Part shown: piece by piece, positions 1 to 11,822 of the stretch
How positions within the stretch are numbered: the stretch's first letter is position 1
Layout: every line of letters starts with the position of its first letter
Assembly: GCA_030265395.1 (NCBI GenBank)
Contig: JARFYF010000056.1
Location: 13,461,593 to 13,525,592, forward strand
Direction: 5' to 3'
Source of the DNA: Rhina ancylostomus
Lineage: Eukaryota
Length of the DNA: 64,000 nucleotides
The notes under the pieces: generated by a model
Seen by the model: only the letters and a program-made list of their open reading frames with translations
Told to the model about the DNA's origin: nothing
The model's database searches: none
Translations under genes and position numbers: made by a program

Positions 1-183
1 GCGTATTTGGAATGAGCTGCCAGAAATAGTGGTTGAGGTGGGCACATTAGCAACGTTCAAAAGCCATCTAGATAAGTACATGGATAGGAGAGGTTTAGGA
101 GGGCTATGGGCCAAACACAGGCAGATGGGACAAGCTTGCTGGGCAACACAGTTATCATGGACTATTTGGGCTCTATGATTCTA
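1..183 (+). mobile_element. CR1 LINE 3' end fragment
   Basis: Encodes a WNELPEIVVEVGTLATFKSHLDKYMD-like CR1 ORF2 C-terminus, followed by 3' UTR ending CTCTATGATTCTA. Confidence 0.75.
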
Positions 184-1620
184 AGTCCTGAGGAGATGAA
201 GGATCGACAGAGTCTCCACTGTGGGATTTCTCATGGCTATTTTATCCATTGCACTTTTTTTTTGTTCTAATTAATTTTTATACAAAATTATACAAGAAAA
301 AAACAAATTGTGATTTTCTTTTGAATGTTGCATCTCTGATGCTATGTGCCTGTGATGCTGCTGCAAGCAAGTTTTTCACTGCACTTGTGTATCACGTACT
401 TGTGCATATGGCAATAAACTCTACTTGGACTTGAAAAGAATGAGCTCCACCCCTCACAGTTGCAGAAAAATGCTAACAGGGTCTGTGCAGGCACAGTTGC
501 AGAAGGACACAGGCCACTTGCACAACTTGTCCATCTCAGTGGCCATCTACCACAAAAGCAGTTGCTTGAATTCCTTAAGTCCAGTCATCCCATGATCCCT
601 CAACCACCTACCCAACCCATTCTTCAACAATGCCATGCTCTTCACGTGTGGCACTAACTCTGGTAGTGGATTCCACAGTCTCTGTTTAACAAGACTTCTC
701 CGGTCATTGATACTTAATCTAATAGCCACATTCCGGACCTCCAATCAAAGGAAGCAGTCTAAGCTGACCCCGAGAGGTACAGTTTACAGCCTGTGTAACC
801 TTTTGCTCCAATGCATAAAATGAGTGAGCAAAGCGAGGGGGAGTTGGAGTGGGAGAGGGAAAGGGGAACCGAACCCACCCTCTTTCTGCTTATCAGAGTA
901 AGATAATGGTCCACCTACTTAATTGTTGTGAACACCTCTTAAGCAGCTTTACGATTTTTTCCACTGAAAACACCATCTGTAGAAGCAGCGATCNNNNNNN
1001 NNNNNNNNNNNNNNNNNNACCCCCTCCCCTTGATTTTCCCTCATCTCTGGCTGGGTTTCTGAGCAGTGAGTGATTGACAGCGGGGAGTACAAACAAAGTT
1101 TCTCCTCCTGCACCTCAAGGCACTGAGGTCACTGCGTACTTAAGATCAGTAAAGCTGGCACAACCCAGGACCAGTATCCTGGTGTACCCAGCATTTGTTT
1201 AAACCAGTTTGGTTGTTGGAGCCACACGAGCTTTTAAAGGGATATGGACCATTGTCATCAGCTGTTCCCATACAGCTTTTCCTGCAAATTTACAAGCTTT
1301 ATCTCAATCTTCTCACTTCCATTCTTGATAAGAACAGGCGATATAGTGACAGTACCAGCTGCCCCTCACCACCTCCCCAAGTAACAGACCTACATGCCGT
1401 TTTGGTGCAACTGTAGAGCCCTTGCTGGAAACCCACATGTACTTCCAAGCAGGGGTCAACAGGTGGAAGTCTGGAGGCCAAAAACCTGACAGTGGGAGGG
1501 CTTCCCATCTGACACCTGGGCCAGTGTTAAATTGGAGGTGGAGATGTGTTCCAGCTGAATTCATTTAGGGAACTACTACAATGACACCAACACACATCCA
1601 CAGATGAAACAGTCTCTTAC

Positions 1621-1785
1621 CTGGCACCTCCACTCCATAGACAACAACATCGGCCATGCTGAGATAGCGACTGAGAATTCCCTCAACCTCTGTGGTTGAC
1701 ACGTTCTCACCTTTCCAACGGAAAGTGTCCCCAGTACGATCCCGGAAATACATGTAGCCGTAGTCATCCATCACCAGGACATCAC
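1621..1785 (-). CDS. slc27a4: SLC27A4/FATP4 coding exon (human exon 11 equivalent), 165 nt
   Basis: cag|GT GAT GTC ... CCA G|gtaaga; [54 protein letters not shown] carries the FATP/VLACS signature motif. Confidence 0.96.
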
Positions 1786-3139
1786 CTGCTCACAATAAGG
1801 GATGGATTAAAATTGTGTTCTGAGCTAGATTTGTACAGAGTAAAGCGTATACAATAAATTCCCCCCCAACAAACAATTTTCTGTACTCATCCGAGGTCCT
1901 NNNNNNNNNNNNNNNNNNNNNNNNNNNNNNNNNNNNNNNNNNNNNNNNNNNNNNNNNNNNNNNNNNNNNNNNNNNNNNNNNNNNNNNNNNNNNNNNNNNN
2001 ATTAGAAATGCACTGCCAGATATGGTAGTGGAAACAGATTCAATTGTGACTTTCAAAAGCAAGAAGGATAATACTTGTAACAGGTAAAAGCTGCAGTGAA
2101 AACAAAAGAGCAGGGTATATGAATTGCTTTTTGAAAGAGTTGGAGTTCTTTGAGCAGATCAGATGAGGCAAATGTGCTGTGCCATTATGGCAGTCATATT
2201 AAGTCCTGAATGAGGAGCGATGGGTACAAGCTCCAAGATACAGACTCTGACATACAGCAGATATTATTTAAGTATACCAGCAGATTGTTCCAATGGGCTA
2301 AGTAATCCTTAACCAATCCAATTTGATGTTGGATCCAATTCTTTCACAAGAAGAAATACAAACAAGACATGAAAAAAGCACGGGGAAATCCACATTGAGG
2401 CAGAAAACAGTCAAGATCAAAGCTCTTCCCAGTAGAAAAGATCACATTGGTTCTGTTGTATTAATCATTTCAACTTGTTGAAATTACTGGATAGTAATGA
2501 GTTAACCCATTAACTACATGAGCTTTATTTTCATCCCATTCAGTATCCACTGTCGATGTTAAAATTAAGAGAGATTTAGAATAAAGGGCAGGAGAAACAT
2601 TCTGACATGGGCATTTCCATCTAGGGTTAGTAACTGAGGAAGAAACCATCAACATTAGATTGAATAGGTAGATGTAGGGATGTGGGAACAAGGTGATAAT
2701 TTTCATTGCAACTACTTTCCTAAATGGAGGTAAAAATCAACAGAGAGGATGGGTTGAATGGCCCATTTCCATGTTGTAGTTTACACATTTATACAAGTCA
2801 GAATATTTTGACAAGGTCAGTACCTTGGAGTACTTGGTGCAGTTGCAGGACGTGATGTGATCAGTAACCTCCCAAATCTTGGGCCTGCAGCCCATGAGAG
2901 AGGACACAGCAGAATCTACACATTTCTGGTTTAAAAGGGTGTGCAGCTGGCATGCAAAACCAGCCTGAAGCAATTGAATGTGGAATATTTTCCATTCACT
3001 CTGCACAGGAAACAACCAGATCCTCATCACCCCCAAATTTTATTCAATGGGTCAGTCAGATTAGACAGTGGTGAACGAGACCCAACTGCAGGCTCAAGCC
3101 CTCATCCCTGCTGTGGTTCACTGGGTGGTCTGCTAAGAG

Positions 3140-3420
3140 GCACAAGGTCATGGAATTGTTTAACTCGAGGTTTCAGTGCAAACAGGCTGACATCCCACTG
3201 CATTTCTGAGGGAGTACAGCATGTCAAGAGTGCCACCTTCTGGTTGAGATGTTAAATCCTTGTACCATGCAAACAGATCATCTGGACATTGCTGTTTGTG
3301 AGATGTTGCTGACAATACAACAGTGACTAGACTTTAAAGATAGTTTATTGCTATAAAGCAATAAAATCTATGGAAGCCAAAAAGCAGTGCGATAGAAGTG
3401 AAAGTCTACCGTTTCTCTGC
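3140..3420 (+). mobile_element. Degenerate Deu-domain SINE (SacSINE1/AmnSINE1-like)
   Basis: CTGAGGGAGT..GTGCCACCTTCTGGTTGAGATGTTAAA..ACATTGCTGTTTGTG..ACAACAGTGACT blocks resemble the Deu-SINE consensus as recalled; boundaries approximate. Confidence 0.55.
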
Positions 3421-3589
3421 TTTAGGAACTGGTTGACATTCCCTGAAACTTATCAACGCAACTTTCTTTGCTGTCTTACAAATCTGGATTGGATAAGCTT
3501 GGATTGCAAAGGGAAAAAATCCATCAGTCCCGCAACTGAATTTACACTCGCCTTTTCTTGAGTGGCACATTTTATTTGTTTGATTTGAC

Positions 3590-3850
3590 TGACAAGCCTG
3601 AGGGCACGTACCACCAGGCTTAAAGACAGCTTCTACCCCACTGCGATAAGACTTCTGAACGGTTCCCTTATACGATGAGATGGACTCTGACCTCATGATC
3701 TACCTTGTTGTGACCTTGCACCTTGTTGCACTGCACTTACTCTGTATCTGTGACACTTTACTCTGTACTGTTATTGTTTTTACCTGTACTACCTCAATGC
3801 ACTCTGTACTAACTCAACATAATTGCACTGTGTAATGAGCTGACCTGTAA
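3590..3850 (+). mobile_element. Rex1/Babar non-LTR retrotransposon 3' end
   Basis: SLRARTTRLKDSFYPTAIRLLN C-terminus plus TGCACTG-rich 3' UTR, shared with 12099-12245 and 52560-53120. Confidence 0.7.
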
Positions 3851-4202
3851 GGAATTACAGATTCCATATCAATGAAGTTGTGCTTTTATCTGTTCCTATG
3901 TTGTGTAGCAAAGAGAAAATTATGGAAGGTGTGGAGGGAAACTATTCCCATTAACAGATTAAGGACCAGGAAACGTGGATTAAAAGAAACTTGGTTAAAG
4001 ATTTCAAAGGAAAAGGTGTTTTTTTCAGTCATCTGCAGTTTACAGATGACTGGACTTTGATAAGGAATCAGATGGGTAAATGAGAAAATAAGATTGGAAT
4101 GAGGCCTGACAGAGGGCAGGCACATCACTGACACATGTCGTGAAAGTTGTTGTTCAGCGGCAGCAGTATAATGCAAGACAGGAAGTGGCACAGTAGTGTA
4201 AT

Positions 4203-4541
4203 GGTAGCACGGTAGTGTAGTGGTTAGTGTAATGCCATTACAGCACCAGCAACCTACGTTCAATTCTGGCTGCTGTCTGTAAGGAGTTTGTATGTTCTCC
4301 CATGTCTGTGTGGGTTTCCTCTGGTGCTCAGGTTTCCTCACACATTACAAAGGCGTACAGGTTAGGAAGTTGTGGGTGTGCTACGTTGGCACTGGAAGTG
4401 TGGTGACACTTGCAGGCTGCCCCCAGAACACTCGACGCAAAAAGGACGTATTTCACTGTTTTGATGTACACGTGGCTCATTGCCACAAGGCAAGTTTTTC
4501 ACTATACCTCAGTACAAGTGACAATAATAAACCAATTCAAT
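4203..4541 (+). mobile_element. tRNA-derived V-SINE (HE1-like)
   Basis: A-box/B-box tRNA-like head (GGTAGTGTAGTGG...GTTCAATTC) followed by V-domain GGAGTTTGTATGTTCTCCCATGTCTGTGTGGGTTTCCTC. Confidence 0.85.
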
Positions 4542-4544
4542 ACC

Positions 4545-5195
4545 CATGTGGTTCCCTGAAAATGGCATCACAGGTAGACAGGGTGGTGAAGGAGGCTTTT
4601 GACAAACTTGCCTTCATCAGTCAAGGCACTGTGTAAAGCAGGGACATTACATTGCAATTGTACAAGATGTTGGTGAGGCCACATTTGGAATATTGTTTAG
4701 TTTTGGTCACCTGCTATAGGAAAGGTGCCATTTAAACTAGAGGAAGTGCAGGGGAGATTTAAGAGGTTGTTGCCAGGACTTGAGGGATTGAGTTATGGAG
4801 AGGGATTGAGTAGGCTGGGACTTCATTCATTGGAGTGTAGGAGACTGAGGGGTGATCTTAGAGGTGGGTGAAATTATGACAGACATAGGGTGAATGCACA
4901 GTGTTTTCCCAGGGTTGGGGAATCAAGAACTAGAGGACATAGGGTAAGAGGGGAGAGGTTTAATAGGAACCTGAGGGGCAACTTTTTCACTTAGAGGGTT
5001 GCCTGTATATGGAACAAGCTGCCAGAGGAAGTGGTTGAGACAGTTACATTAACAACATTAAAAGACATTTGGACAGTTATGTGGTTTAGAAGGATATGGG
5101 TCAAATGTGGGCAAGTGTGACTAGCTTAGAAGGGCATCTTGCTCAGCACAGACCAGTTGGGTGGAAGGTCCTTTTCCGTGCTGTCGAACTCCACA
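4545..5195 (+). mobile_element. CR1 LINE 3' fragment (degenerate)
   Basis: [15 protein letters not shown].. and RRLRGDL.. RT C-terminal motifs with frameshifts, then CR1 3' UTR. Confidence 0.85.
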
Positions 5196-5837
5196 TGAAA
5201 ATAAACTTTCTAAATCTAAAAACAAGAATGACATTTGCAATGCACTTCACAATCTGGTACTTGAAAAGTTACTGTAACTGAGCCAAGCATTGTTTACATT
5301 CCAGATCTTTACCTATGATTTCCCCATATTTGTGGAAGTTGAAACAGGTTTTGAGAGACATTGTGGGAGGGTGGGGAGTGCAGTGACAAGTTATTTGAGT
5401 TAAAGTTGTTTTTGCAACTTAGTGATTTTTTTTTATGCCTTGCAGTGTACTGCTGCCACAAAACATCAAATTTCACAGCATGTGTCAGCAATAATAAACC
5501 TGTTTCTGCTTCTGACTTCCTTATTTCTTCAGAAGATTTACCTCCCATGACAATATTTGGCCATATGCTGTAATGTCTCCTCGTGAGACCAAATGTAATT
5601 TTGATCACCTTTGATACAGAACTTGTAATCTCCAATGAAGTTGTGCATTCATCAGGGACACCCCTGGTCTTTGCTATTCCCTACTGGTCACACACATCCT
5701 CTGTCCCTTCTCAAATTCCCAACAAGTCATAATTCCCTGCATTGCAAACCTGTGCAGGGAAGATCTTCCAGAGATTTTGGGTTAGAGGAGAAGCTGGTGT
5801 ACTCCCTGGAGGAAAGGAGTTTGAGAGAACAGGTTGG

Positions 5838-6400
5838 AACAGCACTGTGACAGAGCCAGTAGACCCACTCCCTCACAGGTCTAGAGACCCAGGTTCAACC
5901 TTGATCCCCAGTGCTGTCTGTGCAGAGTCTGCATGGTCTCCCTGTGACTGCATGTGTTTCCCCTGGGTGTTCCTGTTCCCTCCCACATCCCAAGGCCATG
6001 CAGGTGGGTGAATTGCCAGTGGTGTGTCAGTGAGAGGTAGAATCTGGGGGGAATTGATGGGACTGAGGGAGAATAAAATGGGATTAGTGTTGGATTAGAG
6101 TCAGTTGGTGTGGTGTTGTTATGCAGTTATAATAAAGAACTACAGTTCCCAGTTGGCAATATATGGGGTCCAGAAAGTGACTGAATAAGTAAGCAAGCTG
6201 CATAAACAGGAGTTAGCAATCTCTCAGTTTGCAGTCTGGAGAACCAGCTGTATAGCTAAGATGCAGTCACTCTATTTTTGAGATGGTAAAGAATTCAGAA
6301 GTTAAAACCCACAACAAGTTGTCTCTTAATGAAGAACAAACATAACAGTTGGTACTTGATGGCTGGCAGGGCATCAGTGGGCTGATGGGTCTGTTCCCAC
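5838..6400 (+). mobile_element. V-SINE interrupted by a solo LTR
   Basis: tRNA-like head (CCAGGTTCAACC) and V-domain; the SINE tail resumes after 6352. Confidence 0.75.
6109..6347. mobile_element. Solo LTR, 239 bp
   Basis: TGTGGTG...CATAACA termini (TG..CA) flanked by a perfect 5-bp target-site duplication GTTGG (6104-6108, 6348-6352) inside a SINE. Confidence 0.8.
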
Positions 6401-6722
6401 GTTGTGCAGCAAAGAGAAGATTATGGAAGGTTTAGAGGGGAGGTGGAGGAAAACTGTTCCCCATTAGCAGAAGAATTAAGGACCAGGAGACATGGATTTA
6501 AAAACTTGGTCAAAAGTTTCAAAGGAAAAGGAGTTTTGTGCTGTGAGTCATCTGCAGTTTATGGATGACTGGCCATTCGAAAGGAATCAGATGGGCAATG
6601 AGAAAATAAGATCAAAATCAGGTCTGACATAGATCTGACATAAGTCTGACACATCACTGACAGGTCATGAAAGTTGTTTAGCAGCAGTATAATGTGGACA
6701 TGAAGTGCCACTGCAGTGTAAT

Positions 6723-7355
6723 GGTGGCACAGTGGTGTAGCAGGTTAATGTAATGCCACCAGTGATCTGGATTCAATTCCTACTGCTGTTCGTATGTTCT
6801 CCCTGTGACTGTGGGTTTCCTCTGGGTGCTCCAGTTTCATAGAACACTACAGCACAGTACAGTCCCTTCAGCCCACAACGTTGAGCTGACATTTTATCCT
6901 GCTCTAAGATATATCCAACCCTTCCCTCCCACGGAGCCCTTTCCTCCATCATTCATTTGCCTATCTCAGTCTCTTAAATGCCCTAATGTATCTGCCCCCA
7001 CAACCTCTGCTGGCAGTGCGTTCCACGCACACACCACTCTGTGTAAAGAGCTTACCCCTGACATTCCCCCTTATACCTTCCTCCAATCACCTTAAAATTA
7101 TGTCCCCTTGTGTTAGCCATTTTCACCCTTGAAAACGTCTCTGACTGTCCACTCAATCTATGCCTCTTATCTTGTACACCTCTATCAGGTTCTCTCCCCC
7201 TCTCGCGCACGCGTGCACTCTCCCCCAATAAGACATATAGTTGTTGGTGCTGGAATCGTGGCGACACTTGTGGGCTGCCCCCCAGTGCATTCTCAGTAAT
7301 GCGAAAAGATGCATTTCACTGTTTCCATATACATGACTAATAAATAAAAATATCA
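6723..7355 (+). mobile_element. V-SINE split by an antisense CR1 3' fragment (~6838-7195)
   Basis: SINE head/V-domain 6723-6836; minus-strand CR1 end (MANTRGHNFKVIGGRYKG); SINE tail resumes ~7236 and ends in TAATAAATAAAAA. Confidence 0.75.
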
Positions 7356-7399
7356 GATGAAAGTTACAAAAATAAATGGTTCAAAAGAGGAATAATAAA

Positions 7400-7570
7400 G
7401 TAGTGTTCATGGACTGTTCAGAAATCTGATGGCGGAGGGGAAGAAGCTGTTCCTGAAACACTGAGTGTGGGTCTTCAGGCTCCTGTTTCTCTCCCTGGAT
7501 GGTGGTAATGAGAAGAGGGCATGTCCTGGGTGGTGAGGGTCCTTAATGATGTCACTTTTCTGAGGCACAT
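7400..7570 (-). mobile_element. Rex1/Babar fragment
   Basis: IIKDPHHPGHALFSLPPSRERNRSLKTHTQCFRNSFFPSAIRFLN, typical Rex-Babar C-terminus. Confidence 0.8.
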
Positions 7571-7619
7571 GCAGGAGAGAACAGGGCAACAGGACTGATG
7601 GGATCGTTCCATCAACAAG

Positions 7620-9191
7620 TGTCACAGACTCAGTCCTGAGCGATCCTTATGTAGCAGCCAGAGAGAGAGGTCAAGTATCCCATCAGGGTCTGGGACACTC
7701 TGCTGAGTAACCAGTGACAGAAGTGCAGTGAAGGAAGCTCACGTGATTGACACCTGGTCGGCACCAACGTGAGAATGTGGCTGGAGAGAGCTTTACATAT
7801 CACTGTGATCCATCCAGAACAAACAGATGGGGATGTTTTGGGAGCTGACATCCTGTGAAAGGGACAGTGATAAATTGAAAAGCACAAACAGTCACTCCAA
7901 TAATTAAGGAACTGATGGTTGAGGTAACTGGAAGGTGCCAGCAGGAACTTGAAAGGGTTACAGAAACAAATACTTGCCTGGATGAGGACTGGGCATATAG
8001 CTGCATAATTAACAGTGCAGAACTAAGCAATGGCAAAGTCGAGTCTATTGTCACGTGCACAAGTCAATGTCTGCACAGGTGCAATGAAAAACCTACTTGC
8101 AGTATCACCACAGGCACAGAGCATTATATAAGCAGCAATCACAAGAAAAATGTAAATTAAACAAATTATACACAATTTTTACAAGAAAGAACACAATTAG
8201 AGAAAAGAAACTGTCTATTTGAGTGCAAAGTGATCAAAGTGGTCAGAATGTTGCTAAACTGCAGTGATTAGAAATTTGCTGGTTGGTTCAAGAACCGAAT
8301 GGTCGAGGGGAAGTCGCTGTCCCTGAACCTGGTGGTGTGGGACTTCAGGCTTCTGTACCTCCTGCCGGATGGGAGCTGTGAGGTGGGGATCTCCGATGAT
8401 GGATGTCGCCTTCTTGAGGCAGTGCCTCCTGTAGATACTCTCGATGGTGGGTGATGTATCGGGCAGAGCCCACTGCTCTCTGCAGCTTCTTACATTCCTG
8501 AGTATTTGAATTGCTGTCCCAGACCCTGATGCAACCAGTCAGGACACTTTCAACAGCACATCTGTAGAAGTTTGTTAGTGTTCGGTGACAAGTCGAACCG
8601 TCTTAACCTCCTAAGAAGGTAAAGACATTGGTGCAACTTCCTTGTTGATTTCATACACGTGCTGGGCCCGGGCCAGACCTGGAAGGTATACAAGGGAAAT
8701 GTATAACAGGGTACCTTAGGAGATGACCAGCAGCAGTGACTCCGGACACCAACCACTGCAGAAGATCCTGAGTCAGGGATTCAGAGAAGAACTCGCCATG
8801 ATCGAGCCCCAGCCGGGTTCTTCTGGAGCGGGTAAGTAGTAAGTTTCAGAGCTTGTGAAAGTAAACTAAAGGATTATGTAACTAAAGGAGTTGTGAAATT
8901 ATAGAGTGAAGTAATTGTTTGAAACGGTGTAGTGAATATTTGAGTTGTTTGAACTAATTGCAATTAATGTAGAAACATAGACATCAGGCAAAATCATTGT
9001 GGTTTTATTGTGTGCTGCATTTAATCAGTAAATTGGTAAATTAGTTTATCGTTACACATACTGAGGTAGTGAAAATTTCCACTGCTCTTGAACTTGCATG
9101 CTGGAATAAAATCTTTCTTGTATAGAATAATTACCTGTACAGGCCGTCCATGTCAATTGTGTCTGAGTCAAATCACTTGATTATGGTAACA
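7620..9191 (+). mobile_element. Putative LTR interrupted by a Rex-Babar insertion
   Basis: TGTCAC...GTAACA termini; AATAAA about 80 nt before the end; flanks ACAAG/ACACC only partly match. Confidence 0.35.
8035..8680 (-). mobile_element. Rex1/Babar 3' fragment
   Basis: LYLLRRLRRF..TNFYRCAVES..PSGRRYRSLKSHTTRFRDS motifs plus 3' UTR ending AATAGACTCGACTT. Confidence 0.8.
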
Positions 9192-9704
9192 ACACCTCTG
9201 TGGTGTTGTAATGAATGAAATCAAAAGATTGATGCAAAAGAATAATTACTGAACGTGGGGAGGGGGGAAGAATCTAGTTCTGCTGTTTGCAGGGATTAAC
9301 ATCAGACTTTAGAATTTAATGTCCTAGGTCCCCTAGTATGACAAAATGGACTCCTGTCTTTGCAGTATACCTCGTTGTAGCCTTGCAGCTTATTGTCTGC
9401 CTGCACTGCAGCTTCTCTAACTGGAACACTTTATTCTGCACTCTGTTATTGTTTTCCCTTGTACTACCTCAACGCACTGTTGTAATAAAATAATCTGTTT
9501 GGGTGACAGTTTTTCCTTGTACCTCAGGGCATGTGACAATAATAAACCAATTTAATCAAATAAGATGAAATTCCCTGATCCATTGAATGTTCCAGGATCG
9601 AAGGGGGACTTCCGAGGATGGACAGGAAAATCCTGGACATCCCTTGTAAACCATTGGGATTCAAGCCCAACTGCCAGAGAAAGTGGTGGAGGCAGGTACA
9701 TAAC

Positions 9705-10240
9705 CAGATGTTGGTGAGGCCGCATTTGGAATATTGTGTTCAGTTTTGGTCACCCTGCTATAGGAAAGGTGCCATTTAAACTAGAAAAAGTGCAGAGGAA
9801 ATTTAAGAGGATGTTGTCAGGACTCGAGGGGACTGAGTTATGAAGAGAGATTGACCAGGCTTGGACTTCATTCATTGGGGTATAGGAGACTGAGGGGTGA
9901 TCTTAGAGGTGAGTGAAATCATGAGGGACATGGGGTGAATGCACACAGCTTTTTCCCAGGGCTGGGGAATTGAGGACATAGGTTTAGGGGGGAGATTTAA
10001 TAGTTACCTGAGGGGTAACTTCTTCACCCAGAGGGTGGTCTGTATGTGGAAAGGCTGCCAGAGGAAGTGGTTGAGGCAGATACATTAACAACATTAAAAG
10101 ACACTTGGACAAGTACATGGATAGAAAAGGTTTAGAAGGATATGGGCCAAATGTGAGCAAGTGAGACTAGCTTAGAAAGGCATTTTGGTCAGCACAGACT
10201 AGTTGGGTTGAAGGACCTTTTCTGTGCTATAGAGCTCTAC
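9705..10240 (+). mobile_element. CR1 LINE 3' fragment, paralogous to ~4665-5195
   Basis: [13 protein letters not shown]..; near-colinear with the 4665-5195 copy, including downstream non-CR1 flank. Confidence 0.85.
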
Positions 10241-10412
10241 ATGAAAATAAACTTTCAAAATATGAAAACAAATGACATAAGCAAGCCACTTGACAATCCG
10301 GTACTTGGAGGGTTTCTGTAACTAAGCCAAGCATTGTTTACTTTCCAGATCTTTACCTACAAATTTCCCAGATTCCTTTGAAGTCAAAACAGGTTTTGAG
10401 AGAGATCATGAT

Positions 10413-10791
10413 TGTCATGGTTCTGAGTCCTGGCCCTCAATTTGGCTCCTTTAATGCCTTGTTATCCAGCACATGGATTCCATGCTGGACTGATTACATA
10501 ACAACACACACCTGAGCCCCATCAGGGGCCTAGCAATAAGTACCTGGGTTTCTCTAGCACTAGTTACCAGAGTATTGGTCTACCTTAACTCTCTACTCTA
10601 GAGCAGTCATGTGCTCTCTATTCCTTTTCAAAGATGCAGTTTGTGTTGGGATTCCTCTTCAGATCTCTGAGGCAAGATTCTTCCAGTTGCTGCCTGTGTT
10701 TGGTCCTGAGGAGGTAACCTGAGTCCAGTCTGGTATCAGTGTGCTGCATTTGGGTTTTCTGTGAGCTTGCTCTTTGCTCAATGTTGTGACA
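10413..10791 (+). mobile_element. Gypsy-type LTR, 379 bp
   Basis: TGTCA...TGACA inverted termini; internal CACCTG, TATA-like AATAAGTA, and TGCATTTGGGT near the 3' end as in fish Gypsy LTRs; no TSD seen. Confidence 0.55.
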
Positions 10792-11780
10792 AAAGGAGGC
10801 TGTGCCAAATGCTTGTTTGCAAGTAGTTAAATCCAAGAATCAAAAGGGTTGAACACATGTTAAAGATCAGTCCTTGCCAGAGGTAAAGGCTGAAATGTTG
10901 GATGAGGTTAGGAAGGAATTCTATTCTGTGTCAGAAGATTTTGTCTCACTGAAGGTTGGGTCACCCCAAGTCCCAGTGAAAATCCTCAGAGGTACTGGGG
11001 CTTCCCAATCCATCTTGTTGGACGGAATTTTAAATGTTGGTGGGGAGACTACTACTAGTAAGGTAAACTGAGTGTGAGGCATTACAGGTGGCACTGTGTC
11101 TATACTTTTGCACAAGGTAATTTTAAAGTCAGTGTTAATAGAAGGACCTGTTAGATAGGGATATGACTCAGTTTACCAGTGGAAGGAGTTATGAGGAATA
11201 ACCTTGCAGGTGGAAAAATTGTCCCTGTGGTAGAGTTAATGACCAAACCAATTATTCTCGAGTCCAAAAACAATGCAGATGTTAATCCATCCTGTGCAGT
11301 GGCTTGAGCTAGAGCCAAAGAATTAGCCAAGGCCAATAGTCCTGTGCAGCCTGATGCTGTTCCCTGTGACGGACCCAGACAGGATGAAAATTATGATGAC
11401 TTGCCTGAGGCTTTTCTGTCTACACTGGAGGATCAAAATCCTTATATTGGGCCTAAGCAAAGATTTGTCTCTATCCAGGAAAGAATTTATAGTGGAACAG
11501 ACTAAAGACCCTGAGCTTATTGAATTGAGAGAAAAAGCACTCAAGTGATGAGATTAGAAGGTGCCAACTGGATATTATTTCAAAAATGGAGTCTTAATGA
11601 GAAAGAGGAGACCTCCTGATGCTCTTCCCAGTGAGGAATGGGAAGTTATTCACTAGGTTGTGGTTCCTAAAGTTCATAGGTTTAATATTTTAAACCTGGC
11701 CCAGAGTATACCTTCAGGTGGTCATTTTGGTGTGAATAAAACCATAAGATTTTGAAACATATCTTTTGGCTTGGTGTGAG
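10792..11780 (+). mobile_element. Gmr1-like Gypsy internal fragment (protease + integrase zinc-binding domain), pseudogenised
   Basis: FVSL..QVPVKILRGTGASQS (protease, D->G), NNLAGGKI, EQTKDPEL, GYYFKNGVLMRK, VVVPK..ILNLA..PSGGHFGVNKT; many stops and frameshifts. Confidence 0.75.
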
Positions 11781-11822
11781 GAAGCTGTTGTTCAATGGCA
11801 GCAGTACAATGCAAGACATGAA

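Noticed and set aside
1-1620. Next slc27a4 exon (EGRAGMAA..., exon 12 equivalent)
   Set aside because: No matching sequence found on the minus strand; it presumably lies left of the window
4203-4275. tRNA-like sequences (also near 25540, 50851, 58170)
   Set aside because: They run directly into the V-domain, so they are SINE heads rather than tRNA genes
6622-6652. TCTGACA(T) 11-bp triple repeat; also a ~24-bp imperfect repeat at 32366-32427
   Set aside because: Simple slippage repeats with no spacers; not CRISPR-like
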